Source: Anthoceros angustus
Lineage: Eukaryota; Plantae; Anthocerotophyta
Reading direction: 5' to 3'
Assembly (NCBI GenBank): GCA_010909165.1
Contig: MU008155.1
Location: forward strand, 2,232,001 to 2,296,000
DNA: 64,000 nt
In this document: piece by piece, positions 46,651 to 59,884 of the stretch
How the letters are laid out: every line of letters begins with the position of its first letter
Position numbering within the stretch: position 1 is the first letter of the stretch
Made by a program: the position numbers and the translations under genes
The notes under the pieces: model-generated
Told to the model about the DNA's origin: nothing
What the model saw: only the letters and a program-made list of their open reading frames with translations
Database searches by the model: none

Positions 46651-46941
46651 TTGGTGCAACCAGTTCTACTTGTGAATCGGTTTACTTAAAACTCATCACA
46701 GCAGTGATGTTCCCAACATCTAACGACTCAGTACTCATCCCAGAATCTCGCTTTGAGTGTTTGTTGGCATTCTGGAACTGAATATGGAAAGCCCTTTAAA
46801 CATCCACATCAAAGGACTCGTGTGTTTCTAACTGAGCTCCTGTGTGTCGTCAGTGTCGCGGATTTGAAGCGACAAGGCACGCATATGAAGGTGCAGTCGC
46901 CAAGAGGCACACGTTTGGTAGGCAGCCGGAGTCTGGACGCG

Positions 46942-48519
46942 ATGGCGGGGGAGGCAGATACTCGAAATGGTCAGTCAAGTTCTTTGTTGCCAATCCCGCA
47001 TGTAAAATGATATGTTAGACTGGCCTCCATTTTTAAAGTCTGCTGACTTACTGGTAAGTCTGCGGTGATCACACGGAGTCGGCTCGTTAACTAGAGGGGA
47101 CCAGGTCTCTTAAGGGGACATTTAGTGCTCACAGTTGTTCGCTTCAAACCGATCTGTGCTTCCCAGCGGAACGAATGTCAAGTCTCTCTGTTGCGAAGAA
47201 TTGTTGCGTGACCTTGAGATAACTTTGTATACAGGCAAGAAACCAAGATTGATGGGACCTGGAAATGCATTCACCCCGGATTTCCAGAAGTATGCCAAGC
47301 AGCTGGATGCAACGGTAACCATGGCTCCAGTGTGTTTCAGGCTATATCTGGTTTTGGTTTTTTGTGGTTGAGTGTGCTAAACCCTAGAAGCTGCTCGCAA
47401 AGAAGAAGTGCTGCAGCCAAAGTTGACACGTCCCAAGCTTTTTGCACCTTTCAGAATGAAAGGCGGGAGAGAATTGTGAAAGCCAGTCGTGATGTGACTT
47501 ACAACAGCAAGAAAGTCATCTTCCAGATTCACAGGTAGGAGTTTGGCAGCTAGTATCTTCTTCGAGGTCGGTATGAGCTCATGTGCAATGCTTGTTTTCG
47601 GAATGTCTGGGATGGCATTAGGATGGACGCAACAAACAAGCAAGCAGTCTTGGAGCAGGCACAGAAAGACCTGGGGTCTGTACAGCAAAACCATGTGCAA
47701 CGTATTGCGAACGAGCTGCAGGGCCTGGATTATTGGAGGTTCCGGAGGAGTTTTTCACCTGGAGTAACCATCAGCCTTTGCTGTGGCACTCGCCAATGCT
47801 TTCTCCGCAGTTCGTTGCAATCCATGTCGACGTTTGTGCACAAGTTGAAGTCCAGAGTGCAGAAAGGTGGGGAGGCTCATCTTTTATCCCTGGCTTTCCC
47901 ATAGATCCAAGAGTTTGTGGAGGCAGCAACCTTCCTGAAGTATTGCCAAGCTGGAACGCTTCTGACACTCAATGAGCTGAACGAGTCCATTTCATCGGTG
48001 AAGGATGGTGCCCATGCTCCGTTTACTGTGTCACTGACAGATTACTTACTTGGGGTAGGCACCACGTGCACGAGCATTTCCTTCCAACTTTTGCATGTGT
48101 ACGTCATGTAAGAATGACCTGACCCGATGATTTCACCGTGCAGTTGGGAGATCTGACCGGGGAGCTGATGAGGCTTGCAATCAGCGGAGTTGCAGCTCGA
48201 GATCAAACCTCAGCTCTTGCTGCTTGCAACCTCGTAAGATCCGTGTATGAGGGTTTCAGCCTGCTGCCAAACGACATCGATCGTGATATGGGCAAGAAGA
48301 TGGAGACCATGCTGCAAAGCTTGATAAAAATTGAGAATGGTGAGTAGACTGCTCTCCTCCAGATTTTCCCCTGCTTTTGAAATGTATCTGAACCGTGGCT
48401 CTTTCTCTGTTTCTTCATGGCTACTGGACGTGAACACAGCTTGTTACATGATGCATGTGCGGGGTTCCGAATACCCACTGGATCTTGTCTCCTTGGACAC
48501 GAATGACGAAGGCGACTAG
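46942..48519 (+). CDS. TSNAX: Translin-associated protein X (TRAX), multi-exon
   Basis: RERIVKASRDVTYNSKKVIFQIHR, FSPGIQEFVEAATF, DYLLGLGDLTGELMRLAIS and KMETMLQSLIKIENACYMMHVRGSE. An in-frame ATG also lies at 46885. Confidence 0.9.
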
Positions 48520-48926
48520 CAGGAACCAAAGGATGCAGCTTATGCGCAAGTTTATTGAAGCGAGAAAATTGTGTGCAATCGCAAGACAACCTGTCGCGGT
48601 TGTAACAATGTTGCAGGAGTGTGGACATATTTCTTAACCACAATCAGGGGAGCATCCGTCAAGGGTTGCTGCAGTTAAGCATGTCAAGCTCTAAGCGTTT
48701 GGATGCATCTCTAACCCAGGCTCTGCATCACCTTCAAATTGGGACACTCACGACACAGAATCATCATGTTGAATCCGGTATTCCCAATGCGGGCCTCACG
48801 TTTATTGCTGCAAGAAAGACAAACTGTTGGCCCGCGCTGGATGCGACGGTTGGCATTGAGCTTGCTCAGAGATGGCTTGGTCGCAAGCATGGATATGATA
48901 GGAAGCGTGGCGGATCACTGCTGTGA

Positions 48927-50266
48927 CTATGAGAAGAACCAGTAGACCGCGGAGTAAGGAGACAGAAAGATGTCCCCTGCCTTGGCCGGCTGGGATGCGG
49001 GTGGCGGAATTCCTCCTTTGGTGGACAGCCTGCTGATGTGAGTCACGCTCCCCAACCAAACCCTGCAACAAAGGATCGCAAACCTGATTCAGCTGCGACC
49101 AACAAAACAGCGTCGTGCACCCCCGGTCACGGCAAGGCACAGTGAAAGCTTACTCTCACCTCTGTCCATCTGTTGTGGCCGTGGTGTCCAACAAGAGCCA
49201 GTGGATGTCCTCAGGCGAGACTGCAAACTGCTGCACGACCCTGCCGGTGACGGAGCTGGCCGGCATGAAGAGCTCGAAGGTGGGCTGGCCCCCTAACGCG
49301 TCCGGCTTCTGCAGGAAGTAGTGCCGGCCCACCTGCGAGCCTCCCGGCCGGACGAACAAGCCGGCCGTGGCGTTGAAGAGCGTCCAGTCCGTCCCGTTGT
49401 AGAAATAGTGCTGCAGGCCAAGGCCGAAGTAGGCGAGCTGGGGCTGGCTGGGGGAACCGGGAGTGGTGGCTGGCTCGGACGGAGGGGGCGTGGTGGAGAG
49501 CGCGGAGAAGACGTAGGTGCCGCTGTAGCGGCTCCTGTAGATGGTGCCCTCCTGCTCCGGCCCGGAACAGCCTGTGGAAGGAGGAGCTCCGCCCTGGCTG
49601 TTCAGTCTCTGGATGTATGCGGCCTGGCTGAGCGGGCCCGTCCCCGACTGCGAGGTAGCTTCCAGCAGCAGATCCGCGATGTTGCCGGGCCCGTTGGACT
49701 TGGTGCCGTTTATCCTTCCTGCACAAGGCCGCAAGGATTCTCCTTCAGCAATTGAAGGAATGCGTGAACCTCGAATCTGTGAAGTGTGAATCGTGAATTG
49801 ATGGCGTGAGCTACTGCACATACCTGTGACGGTGCTGGCGGGAAACTGGTCCGTTGAGTCGAGCTCCCACGAGGGGCGGCCTCCTAATCCGTCGTTGCGC
49901 GGCAGGAAGTAGTGGTTTCCTATGGGAGTGCCGTCCTTGGAGTCTTTGGAATACAGCACGGCTTTGGCTTTTTGGAACGTCCACTTGTAGGAGAAATCGG
50001 AGGCTACGCACTTGTAGAATTGATATCCCAATGCGCGAACTTCAAGAAAGTTTCTGAAGACATTGTCAAGCCATTCCAGGATCAGCGGCACAGTGGTGTC
50101 AAGAAATCGGGAAAGGCAGGGACATTTGAGTCCACTGCACGTACTCGAATCCCGCAGGAACCGCGACCGGATTCGTGGTGTTGCTCTGCGCAGCGGCGGA
50201 GGAGAAGAGGAGGACGAGGAGCCCTAGGCTGAGCGCGAGTGTGGAGGTGAACTTCCTGGCCGCCAT
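48927..50266 (-). CDS. Secreted protein with two tandem DUF3455-like domains and a Pro/Thr-rich linker (4 exons)
   Basis: Signal peptide MAARKFTSTLALSLGLLVLLFSSAAAQ. Each domain has GxQxY, GxHYF...GGxPxW/F, I-x-W/D-LLL, Y/H-I-x-RL-x-S/T-x-GG-x-PP and YSxxYxF. GT-AG introns lie at ~50060-50140, ~49720-49822 and ~49063-49158. Confidence 0.8.
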
Positions 50267-51040
50267 GTCGATCCGTTCAATTCTCAGACCTGCACGAATT
50301 CGCAATCCAAAGACTTCACAAGCAAGCAAAGATTTGTCCGTGCCGGCTTCAGATTCTCTCCTTGATGCGTCTCTGTGGCCAATAATGTAGATTTCGGATA
50401 GGGATGACAAGGAATGGGAAGGGATGGGATGGAATGGAATCTTGATTTCGCTACGGATGAAAGCGGTGGGGATGGAAGCGGTGGGAATGAAATCGGTGTG
50501 AAGGACAGCGATAAGAATGAAATCGGTGCCGGGTGGTTCGGACGGTAGGGTCACTGTTGTCCCGGAATGGCAACAGGAAGCAGTTGCGGGTGTTGTTCAA
50601 CACGGGTTGTGGAATTGACTGTGAACGAGGGACGTTCTTGGGCTTTACATATATACCTATTCCGCTTTGCTTCTATTGACTGCTTCGTTTCGTTGCGCGT
50701 GTTGACGCCAACACAGCAGTGGTTCTTTCTCTATTTCAGGCTCTGTCTTTGCAGACTGCGCACTAGAAAGCCACTTGGCAGATTCCGAAGGACTTGCAGC
50801 CTTTGCCGCCTGCATTGTGTCGACGTTATGTTTGTATGCTGTGTTGCAGATACGAGGCTATGCCTGTCGTCGCATGTCAAGATGCCAATGAATTGCTTTG
50901 GCTGACTTCACAGTTTATCAAAATGCTTCAATAAAATAAATGTCATACAACAACTAAACGTGGTCCACTCTTGCCTACGGATCGTCCATGTGAGACAAAG
51001 AATGACGTTTAGGTGTACGTTCTAGGAGCCGGCTTTTCTC

Positions 51041-53364
51041 TCAGAGTTCCAACACGCCGTCATAGGCGTCAGGGTAGAAGGGCTCCCGGGGAAAAGCGGG
51101 CTCTGCACAGCTGGCACCGCGGAAGCCAAGGTTCTCCAGAATGTAGGCGTCACCCACCACGTCCTGCTGATCCTGGCTTCGGTGCCACAGGAACCGGGCC
51201 GCGGTGTGGTTGAATATCTCCAGAGTCCCGAACCCGAAGCTCCCTTCACGGTAGACGGAGTAGGATGGTTGCGGATTCACCTGAAAGCTGTTCCCAGGAA
51301 GATGCCAGTCAATGCACGGGATCGAGGTCCAGCATCAGGAGAGGAAGAAGAGGATTGGATTTCTGGATTACTCACATTGTTTCTGGGCCTTCGCGGTTGC
51401 CACCGTCCCCAATTGTGATGTACACCGGAGCGCAGGGGTCTTCCTTGTAGTTATAGACGCGTTTCTGGAGTCCCACAGGAGGAGAGTCAGGAGACTGGGA
51501 AGAAGTGGGTCACATGCCGGCCTGCCGCCGGCCCGGACTAAAGCAAGTCTGGGAAACAGCCACTTACAAAGCGCTCGTAGGCATGGACATGCCCGGAGAA
51601 GACAGCATCCACCATGTACTTTCGGACTAAGTACTCCACGCCACTCCTGGGCACCTCGCCTTCCATGAAGTGGGCGCGATACGTGTTGTACCAGGGAGAG
51701 TGGGTGATGATGAAGACCCAAGGTGTCACAGACCTGTCCACCTGGGCCAGATCGTGCTGCAAATATGGAAACGACAGATCAGAATCCCAGTATCCCAAGG
51801 TTAGGAGAAAAGTGGGGATTTGTGGGACCAACCTCGAGCCACTCATACTGAGGACTGTACTTGGAAAGAGAGATGTAGGAGTTGAGGGAGATAATGTGCG
51901 CGGGACCAATGTTGCAGGATGAATATATGGGGCTTACGCCACCGCTGCTTTCCCAGGGTGCAGAGAATCGACTGTTGGCTGAGAGAAACCCCTCATGAGG
52001 TTCGCCAGCACCCTGCCAACACCATGAAGTGGTTCTATAATCAGGAGTGATGTTCTAGAGGCAGGCGCATCTGTGTTACATGTGCATCAGAAGAGGAGAG
52101 AGCGTTCAGACTTACAGCTTTTTGATCAAACTCAATTTCGTGATTGCCAAATGTGAAGAACCAAGGCACTCGGCTGCTGTAAGAGGTCATCATGCGGCCC
52201 CATGTGTCCCATCGTGGCTGATATCCATCAGCGTATGAGAAGTCTCCCACATTCAGCAGGAACTGACCCCCGCTGCTCTGTAGATGACTCAAGGTTTTAT
52301 TTGATGAATATGTCTGACCAAGATCCCCTGCAACCATACCAACAAGCATCACCTCAACCTCGCTAATTTGCTTTTGTTTCTGTTTCTCGTCTTGTTGTCC
52401 AAGCTAAAGATCCGCAAGCAGGCACCTGGGCAGGAAAAACAGCAAAACTCACCTACAATGGAGAACTTGATGGGAGAGTTAGGCCCGGGAGCTGGGGGTG
52501 TTGTAAAGTAGCTTGTAAATGTTAGGTATTTCTGTTCAGAAAGCCCTATCTTGTAGTAGTAGCGGGTGCTATACTGCAGGACAAACGCGGACTGGTCAAT
52601 GGCATGGCATCACACGGATGGCAAAACCAGCAGAATCAACAGCAGCCTCCAACCACTGCTTGCCTGAAGACCAGTTAAGGTGACATGGTGAAGGTTGCCT
52701 GATGTGTAATCGGCGTATTTGTAGCGATGAGAAGTTCCATAAGCTTGTCGCTCGTATGAATCAGGGGTTGCCGAGAACAGGACCACCGATTCCATCGTCG
52801 CATTGCTTGACCAGCTGACAGTGAAAGCCGTTCCAGTCTTATCCGCCTGTGACAAGAACACCTGCACCAGACAAACACAAGAGCTCACCACAAATCCCCT
52901 GCCTTGAAGTCCCTGGCAGAAGGTCACAAGCACAGCCAACAGGAGCCCACCTGCTCCGGACCTCCCAGCGGATTCGGCTGGATGACAGGCTCGTCCAAGC
53001 TTAGGTCAAGATCAGCAGCGGGCCGTGTATACTCGGTCTGATAGCCGCTGTAAGGACTGTCAGGGTCCAGAATTTGTCCATCCACCTGAGTCCCTGAGAC
53101 GCACAACCGCAAAGCAGCAAGCAGGTCAGCTCGCAAACCTTTGCTCTCAAATTCCAATCCCAAAACTCCCCTTCCCTCAGCAATCCCACAAGCAGCTGGG
53201 GGAACCCCATCCCAGCACCACCCCCGAGAGCAAACCGTCAGGCAGGTTGCAACCTTCCGGATTGCGCATAGCAGCAACTCACATGCTGACAGAAGAAGCG
53301 AAGATAGCAGCAACAGAGGTAGCAACGCCTGCCGTAGCATCTTGCAGCCGATCCCGCTCCACAT
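51041..53364 (-). CDS. Secreted purple acid phosphatase (high-MW type), multi-exon
   Basis: All five metal-ligand motifs are present (GDLG, GDFSYAD, GNHE, IITHSPWY, FSGHVHAYER). Also a signal peptide (ATG 53364 or 53340), an FN3-like N-domain (PEQVFLS..., YTSGNLHHV) and C-terminal YREGSFGFGTL. Confidence 0.92.
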
Positions 53365-53411
53365 AGCTCCCACCACTCCCGTCAATTGCCGCTCCCCGTA
53401 GCTGGGCTGGC

Positions 53412-53510
53412 TATGGCGATGGCAAAGGCAATGCCAATGGCAATAGCAGTAGCAATGCCAATGGCAATAATAGCAATGGCAATGGCAATGGCAAGGGCAA
53501 GGGCAAGGGA
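53412..53510. repeat. (GCAATG)n-like microsatellite upstream of the PAP start
   Basis: Directly visible. Confidence 0.8.
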
Positions 53511-54029
53511 AAGGTGGAATCGACGCTCGACCAGCAAGGAGGCCTCCGGAACTGAACGGAGCGCACAGCCTTCTTCCTCACAGTCTCGGTTTGTTGCGGG
53601 CAGATCAAGGGGCTGGCACAGATGGCAACCACATGTCCATCAGTAAGCACGCGGCCAACTAGGATTCGAAACTCGACACATATGCAGGGGAACCGAATTC
53701 AGGATATCCGCTATCCCGCCGTTGTCCAACATACATGAATGTTCGCAGACTTTACATATATAACAACTTGAGGAGTTCGGAAGCTCGCCAGTCGCGATCA
53801 GATGGAAAATCACGCACGAAGACAACAGGGAATGCGCAAGCGAGGAGAAAACAACTACCCGGCACACAACAACTTGCGACGATTCCAGCCGAGCCCACCT
53901 CCAACCTTCACGATTCACGAGAGTTGGGATTGTGAAGCCGTGTTTAGCAAGTCTTCACTAAAACGCCGTTCCAGGAAGGAAGCGGCAAGTGCTGGCTTCC
54001 AAGCGGTGTAGGACCTCGTCAATTCACTC

Positions 54030-54486
54030 CACATACAGACTCTCAACGCTCTCAACCCACCACACAGCACTAGGCTCTAAGTACTCCGTTGCCCACTCGC
54101 AAACCACCTCTCGAGGTGCTCCTCTTTATTCACTGAATGCACTCTCAATCTAGCTATCTAGGAGGAGGTGTTGCTCTTTATTCACTTCACAGAATACACA
54201 CTCAAACACTAGGCTCTAAGTACTCCGTTGACCACTCGCAAACTACCTCTCGAGGTGCTTCTCTTTATTCACTGAATGCACTCTCAATCTAGCTATCTAG
54301 GAGGAGGTGTTGCTCTTTATTCACTTCACAGAATACACACTTTGAGTCTGACTATATGCGAGCAGAGGTGTTGCTCTTTATTCACTTCATAGACTATAAG
54401 AAATGAACACTTAAAGTCTGGATACTTTGAGTCTGGCTATCTCCGCCCAACTAACTATTACCCTTGACTCGACTCAAGGGTAAGCT
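54030..54486 (-). mobile_element. Distal half of an LTR-like element (family B) with internal tandem repeats
   Basis: Reverse-complement homology to 63557-63790. Repeated AGGTGTTGCTCTTTATTCACTT units. Confidence 0.7.
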
Positions 54487-54790
54487 CTGATAATATAATA
54501 GAATATATTATATCATAACAAGAGCTTTATAGATATAAAACAGTGACATACAAGATACACAACAAAGTGCAGATATATAGAACATTATCTTATAGACAAG
54601 GTGGAGAGCCTATATACTAATATAGTATTTACATATACACAACAAGTCTACATATAGCAGTAAGCATAATTATCACCAAACCCTAAATCCTACTTATTGT
54701 AACAACCTATTTCCTTAAAACTAAGTGTATTCTTCTCACATTCTCCCCTCTCCAATCTAGTCATATGCCTGATATAGAACTCTCATTACA
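54487..54790 (-). mobile_element. Copia LTR (family A), minus orientation, with a degenerate PBS
   Basis: Reverse complement of 55915-56175. GCTCTGATA at 54484 is a partial reverse complement of the iMet PBS TGGTATCAGAGC. Confidence 0.75.
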
Positions 54791-54829
54791 CATGTCACAA
54801 CAAGAGAGGAACTCCTAAGTAGTATTGTA

Positions 54830-55682
54830 GCGTTTGCGCATATTCCAAGAGAAAAGAGATCAAAACTGGATAACCGGAGTGCTAAGTACATTTTTGTTGG
54901 ATATTGTGAAAATTCCCTGGGTCATCGTTTGTTTGATTCCAGTATTCGATAAATTATTTCAAGTTGAGAAGTTATTTTTTATGAAGATTTAATTTGGAAG
55001 GATTTGAATCGTTCTCAGTCATGTGATCATGATCTTATTTTTGAACAGTTCTCTTCTTGGTTACCCTCGAATTGTGATGATCAGAACTTTTTCTATAAAG
55101 CTTTATATTTGAATTCTGAGAATGATGTTCAAAATGATTGTGGCGTGAATCCACATGTTGTTGGTGAAGTTGTTCCGGATCTTCTGAATTCTCATGATAG
55201 GTTTCGAGATAATATTCCTCCTAAATCTCCAGGTTTTTCACAAGATTGTGCTGGAATTCCTCAACATAATCATGTTCGTCTTGGTGATCTTCTGTCACCA
55301 AATGTAGTTTATCGTTATGAAAGATTACGTACTCTTTCTCGTCGACAACTAGAATATTATGAAACTAGGGATGTTGCTGGTCTTATTTTGGTTGCTCATA
55401 TTTTGGTTGCTCATCCCAAGTCTCAATCAATTGCTGAGGCCCAGGCTTCCCCGCAATGGCGTTTGTGGGAATAGGCTTTGCAAGATGAGTGGAGCTCACT
55501 CTTGCAAAATGACAGGTGGGAGCTTGTTCCACTTTTTCTGGGTCGTAAACAGGTCGATTGCAAGTGGGTCCTTGAAAATTAAACATAATGTTGATGGGTC
55601 CATTGAGAGTTATAAAGCTCGATTGGTGGCTAAGGGATATTCAAAGGTTGAAGATATTGATTATAAGCAGACTTTTTCGCCA
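54830..55682 (+). mobile_element. Ty1/copia pol fragment (post-integrase SH3 region and RT N-terminus), pseudogenised
   Basis: HIPREKRSKLDNRSAKYIFVGY, WELVP...CKWV and IKHNVDGSIESYKARLVAKGYSKVEDIDYKQTFSP. Confidence 0.9.
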
Positions 55683-55914
55683 CTTAGCTATTGTATCCTA
55701 AGAATACACTATAATATGCAATGAATATGCCAAAGCATATTATTTGAGCTTATCCACTTAGTTATTGCTAACCATGTTTAATTAACACTAATCAATTTGT
55801 AATTAACATAAGTACTTAGATTAGTTAACACTAATCGAACCTTAAAGATAAGTAATTAGATTAATTGTTGCTAATCAAACACTAAACCCAAGTGCAGAGA
55901 TTAGTATCACACGG

Positions 55915-57030
55915 CATGACATGTATGACTAGATTGGAGAGGGGAGAATGTGAGAAGAATGCACCTAGTTTTCATGAAAGAGGTTGTTAGAATAAGTAAG
56001 ATTTAGGGTTTGGTGATAATAATGTTTTCTGCTGCAATGTAGACTTTGTGGTGTACATGTAAGTACCATATTAGTATATAGGCTCTCCACCCTATATAAG
56101 GGTCCGTAAGACAATGTTCTATCTTTTATGCTACTAGTACATATCTATAAAGCTCTTGTTATAATTTTGACCAGATTATTATGGTATGAGAGCAAGGTGT
56201 CTAAGATACGTCTAAATCACATATATTAGGCTGAAGGTTTTTTAAAAGATATAATACGAGCAACGCAAGTTTTTTGTGAGGGTAACGTAGGTTTTTTATG
56301 AGGGCAACGTAGGTTTTTTGTGAGGGTAACGTAGGTTTTTTGTGAGGGCAACGTAGGTTTTTTGTGAGGGCAACGTAGGATTTTGTAAGGGCAACGAAAG
56401 TGTTTTGTGAAGAGGGCAACAAAGGCTTTTTGTGAGGGCAACGAAAATATTTTATGAAGAGGGCAATGAAGATTTTTTGTGAGGGTTTTTTGGCTGAAGG
56501 TACCTACTCTGGGAGTTGTAGGTCCCAATCTGTGAAGGTACCAGCTCTGGGAGCTGAAGGTTCTAGTTTGTGAGGGTTTTGTTTTTTGGCTGAAGGTACC
56601 AGCTTTGGGAGCTAAAGGTTCCAATCTGTGAAGGTTTTTCTGGCTGAAAGTACCAGCTTTGGGAGCTGAATGTTCCAGTTTGTGAAGGTTTTTTGACTGA
56701 AGGTACCAGGTTTGGGAGCTGAAGGTTCCATCCAGTCTCTGATTGGTTTTTTGTTTTTGTTTTCTTTTTCAAGAATTTTTTTCTCTTATTCTTCCTTTTC
56801 TGATTTTTTGGTTGGTAGTAGATATTTTTCTACGGCTTCTGAACAGGAGGTGTCTACGTGTATCCCTTAGTTTAATAGAAGTAATTTTGTGATTTGGAAG
56901 TTTTGAATTAAAGGTACTCTCAAAAGGGAGTGGCTTGTTGTTGATGGTAGTGAAGTTTTTCTAGCAAATGGTACTCCTGTTGAGCCAGCTGATTGGGAGA
57001 AAAAAGATGCAAAAGCTGTTATGTTGTTGC
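55915..57030 (+). mobile_element. Copia 5' LTR (family A), PBS, repeat-rich leader and gag N-terminal fragment
   Basis: PBS TGGTATGAGAGC at 56182-56193. ~21 bp TTTTTGTGAGGGCAACGTAGG and ~45 bp repeats follow. NFVIWKF*I...WLVVDG...WEKKDAKAV is copia gag-like. Confidence 0.8.
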
Positions 57031-57034
57031 CATT

Positions 57035-57300
57035 GACTCAAGGGCAAGCTTATTAGCTAGACTCTTTACAGCTCTCTCAATACAAGACTTGCATCGCACT
57101 ATGAACTAAATGATCATCACTCTTCAAAGCCCTTACTCTAGCCCTTATATATCTCACAGGCTGACCTCAACTAGGCAGCTGTTAACTTAAGAGATTCTTG
57201 CAGACCACTCATCACTAAGAGTCCTCTCTAAGCAGTTCCTCATTAGTGGCTCCAGTTCCTCTTTAATAAGAGATTGCAGGAACACAGGCATATTGTTAAT
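57035..57300 (-). mobile_element. Proximal half of the family-B LTR-like element
   Basis: Reverse-complement homology to 63325-63577, including TATA-like GATATATAAGGGC. Confidence 0.7.
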
Positions 57301-57959
57301 AGGGCAGTCACTAATTAGCTTTTTATCTTTTCTATTTTTCCACTTTATTTCACCAATAGCGTTATTGTTACTGCTTCAAAAAATGAAGTTATGGCTGCTG
57401 ATTACTGTAAATGAAGCGGGAAGGGCGGGCCATGGATCGCCCGCATGGCAACTTTCCCATGCATGGTAACTTCCCATGCTCTGTAGTGTACATACTGTAC
57501 CTACGGTCTTGACAGTTGACAGGTTCAGTGAGTATGGACTTCCAAGCTCTGACCTGACCGCGGGCCTGGGTGATGGTTAAGTAACCCGGGTTAAACTCCG
57601 GTTGCTGCTGCTGCTTGCTGCTGCTCTCGTGTCTCGTTGCTCTGCATAATCGCGGGTGGAGGATTATCCCATCCCCCCAGCCTGCTTGCCGTGCCGCGCC
57701 CTGTTGTGTTGGTTTCGCATCTGGAGGACCTGCAGGCTGATGGGAGATAGGTACTCGTTCCTACAGAAGAGGCAGAATTTGGGGAGAGCGCTTTTTGGTG
57801 CTCCGGCTCGGAACCCTGTGGCAGGTGGAGAGGAAGAGCATCGTAGTTCTGGGCAGTGGAACGGAGGGAGGCGGAACAGTGTACGGGCTTTGTCGAATTG
57901 GGATGGGTGGGCTGCTGCCGGGGAGAGGTCGCTGAGCTGGGGGTTTGGGGGGAGAGGAG

Positions 57960-59884
57960 ATGGGGCTGTTTGCAGTGGACCAGTGGCGCTGCGATAGCCA
58001 ATTGTACTTTCTCACGCATATGCACGCAGATCATACAAATGGGCTGTCTTCCAGCTGGAGGCGGGGTCCAATCTATTGCTCTATTGTCACTGCCGGCCTG
58101 TTGCTCACCAAGTTCCAGGGCTTCGACGACACCCTGGTGCACGCTCTTGAAGTCGGGAGCACAGCTCACCTGTCCGTTCCCCAGCAGCATGGGGAGCCTC
58201 GGTCGCTCGAGGTGACGCTGATTTCGGCCAATCATTGCCCTGGTAATTGGGTTGCTGCTCTGCGGTAGCGGGGTGGAGGAGGGCTGTTTCATTGATGCCA
58301 GAGCCCGGGAAGTGAAGATGAGAGTGTGTGCCGTGGTTTTTCCAGGAGCCGTGATGTTCCTGTTTCGTGGGGATTTCGGTTGCATACTGCACACAGGCGA
58401 CTTTAGGTGGGATGCAGAGGAAGGGTCCGACAAGGGTATGGAGCAACTGCTGACTGCCCTCGACGGAGGGTCAGTGGATCGGCTCTATCTTGACAACACT
58501 TTCTGTCATCCTCGTTTCAAATTTCCTCCCCGAAATGTGGCTCTGCAGCAGGTCTTCTAGCTAAATTTTGTTTAAGTTCCCGTGATTCGTGCTCATGAAG
58601 AGTAGCGATGTTCTAGGATCAGAATCAGTCCTTGGAAAGCAGAGTTGCTACTTCTTTTGATGCTACCTCTCTTCTATACTTTCAGGTTATTGAGGTTGTT
58701 GCCAACCATCCCCACCATGACATAGTCGTTGGAGTTGACTCACTCGGGAAGGAGGAGCTGCTTGTGAAGATAGCGGAGGCATTCAGTACCAAGGTTCTCT
58801 TGTTCAGCCTGTGCACTATGTATCCTGTTTACTCCGCTCCACAACTGGGATTGAAAGGCATAGTTTGCACGGCTGTTTCACAACATTTTGCTCATGTCAG
58901 TTTGTTTTCACTGATAAGTATGTTCATCTTCTGTAGATTTGTGTTTGGCCTGAGCGCTTGCAAACTTTGCGGCTACTAGGATTGCCAGATGTTTTTACAA
59001 CTGATTCCACAGCCACCCGCATTCGTGCTGTGCCACGTTACAGCATGTCGGGAGAGACATTACAGGTGCTGAATAGTATGTTTCGACCAACTATTGGAAT
59101 TCTTCCTACTGGTTGCATATGTCTCTGCAGGCCAAGCTGTTGGGATGTCAGCACGCAGTGTGAGGAACAAACCTGCGACCCCGATGGGAGGGACCAATTG
59201 GCGAAGCCAACTTCTGAGCAGCTTCCAAGCCATCTGGTGAAGGGCAGGTCGGGTCAGTCCAGACTGCTGGAGCAGTGTAAGTGCTCTGTTGGCCCCGATG
59301 GAGTGTCTGGGAGCATTCACATTATAAAGTACTCTCTGCACTGCTCCTTTTCAGAGCTGGGCTCTTTTCTTAGGATAGTAAAGCCCAAGATGGTTGTTGG
59401 TATGGTGCCGTCCCCAAGAAGTCTTGACACAGATCCAGCTCGGCATTTTCGTTGTCTGCTGAAGGAGTCGAATCTGGAACAGGATCTCTCTCCAGCTGCT
59501 ACTCTGAGGCACTTCAGGATCATGGAGACGGCAAAGGCGAATTTGAGAAAGTCGAGCATCGCATCTCGGAAGCCTGCCATTCCTAAGTCCAGTAAGGTGG
59601 GGCCCTACAGACGCAAGAGATCGACCACAATTTACCGGTCCCGAAGGAAAAGGGGAGGCACGCAGCTGCTAGCATCTGTGGAAGAGGAAGACCCTTTGCA
59701 ACGTACAACCACGGCCTTGGGAAGCCTACCGCAAGTGAGAACGCATCAATCCTCAGGGTCCTCTGTGAAGGAGGAACTTGCTTGGGCAGACCAGAAACCA
59801 GTGTTGCAGCCATTGCCAGGAGAATTATTGAAGAACACCAATGGGACGTACCAGGCTGTAAGGGTGAAGACGGAGCCCATGTGA
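57960..59884 (+). CDS. DCLRE1B: 5' exonuclease Apollo / SNM1B (metallo-beta-lactamase + beta-CASP), 4 exons
   Basis: YFLTHMHADHTNGL, GPIYCS, ANHCPG-AVMFLF, LHTGDFR, LYLDNTF, VDSLGKEELL and YSLHCSFSEL. Confidence 0.92.
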
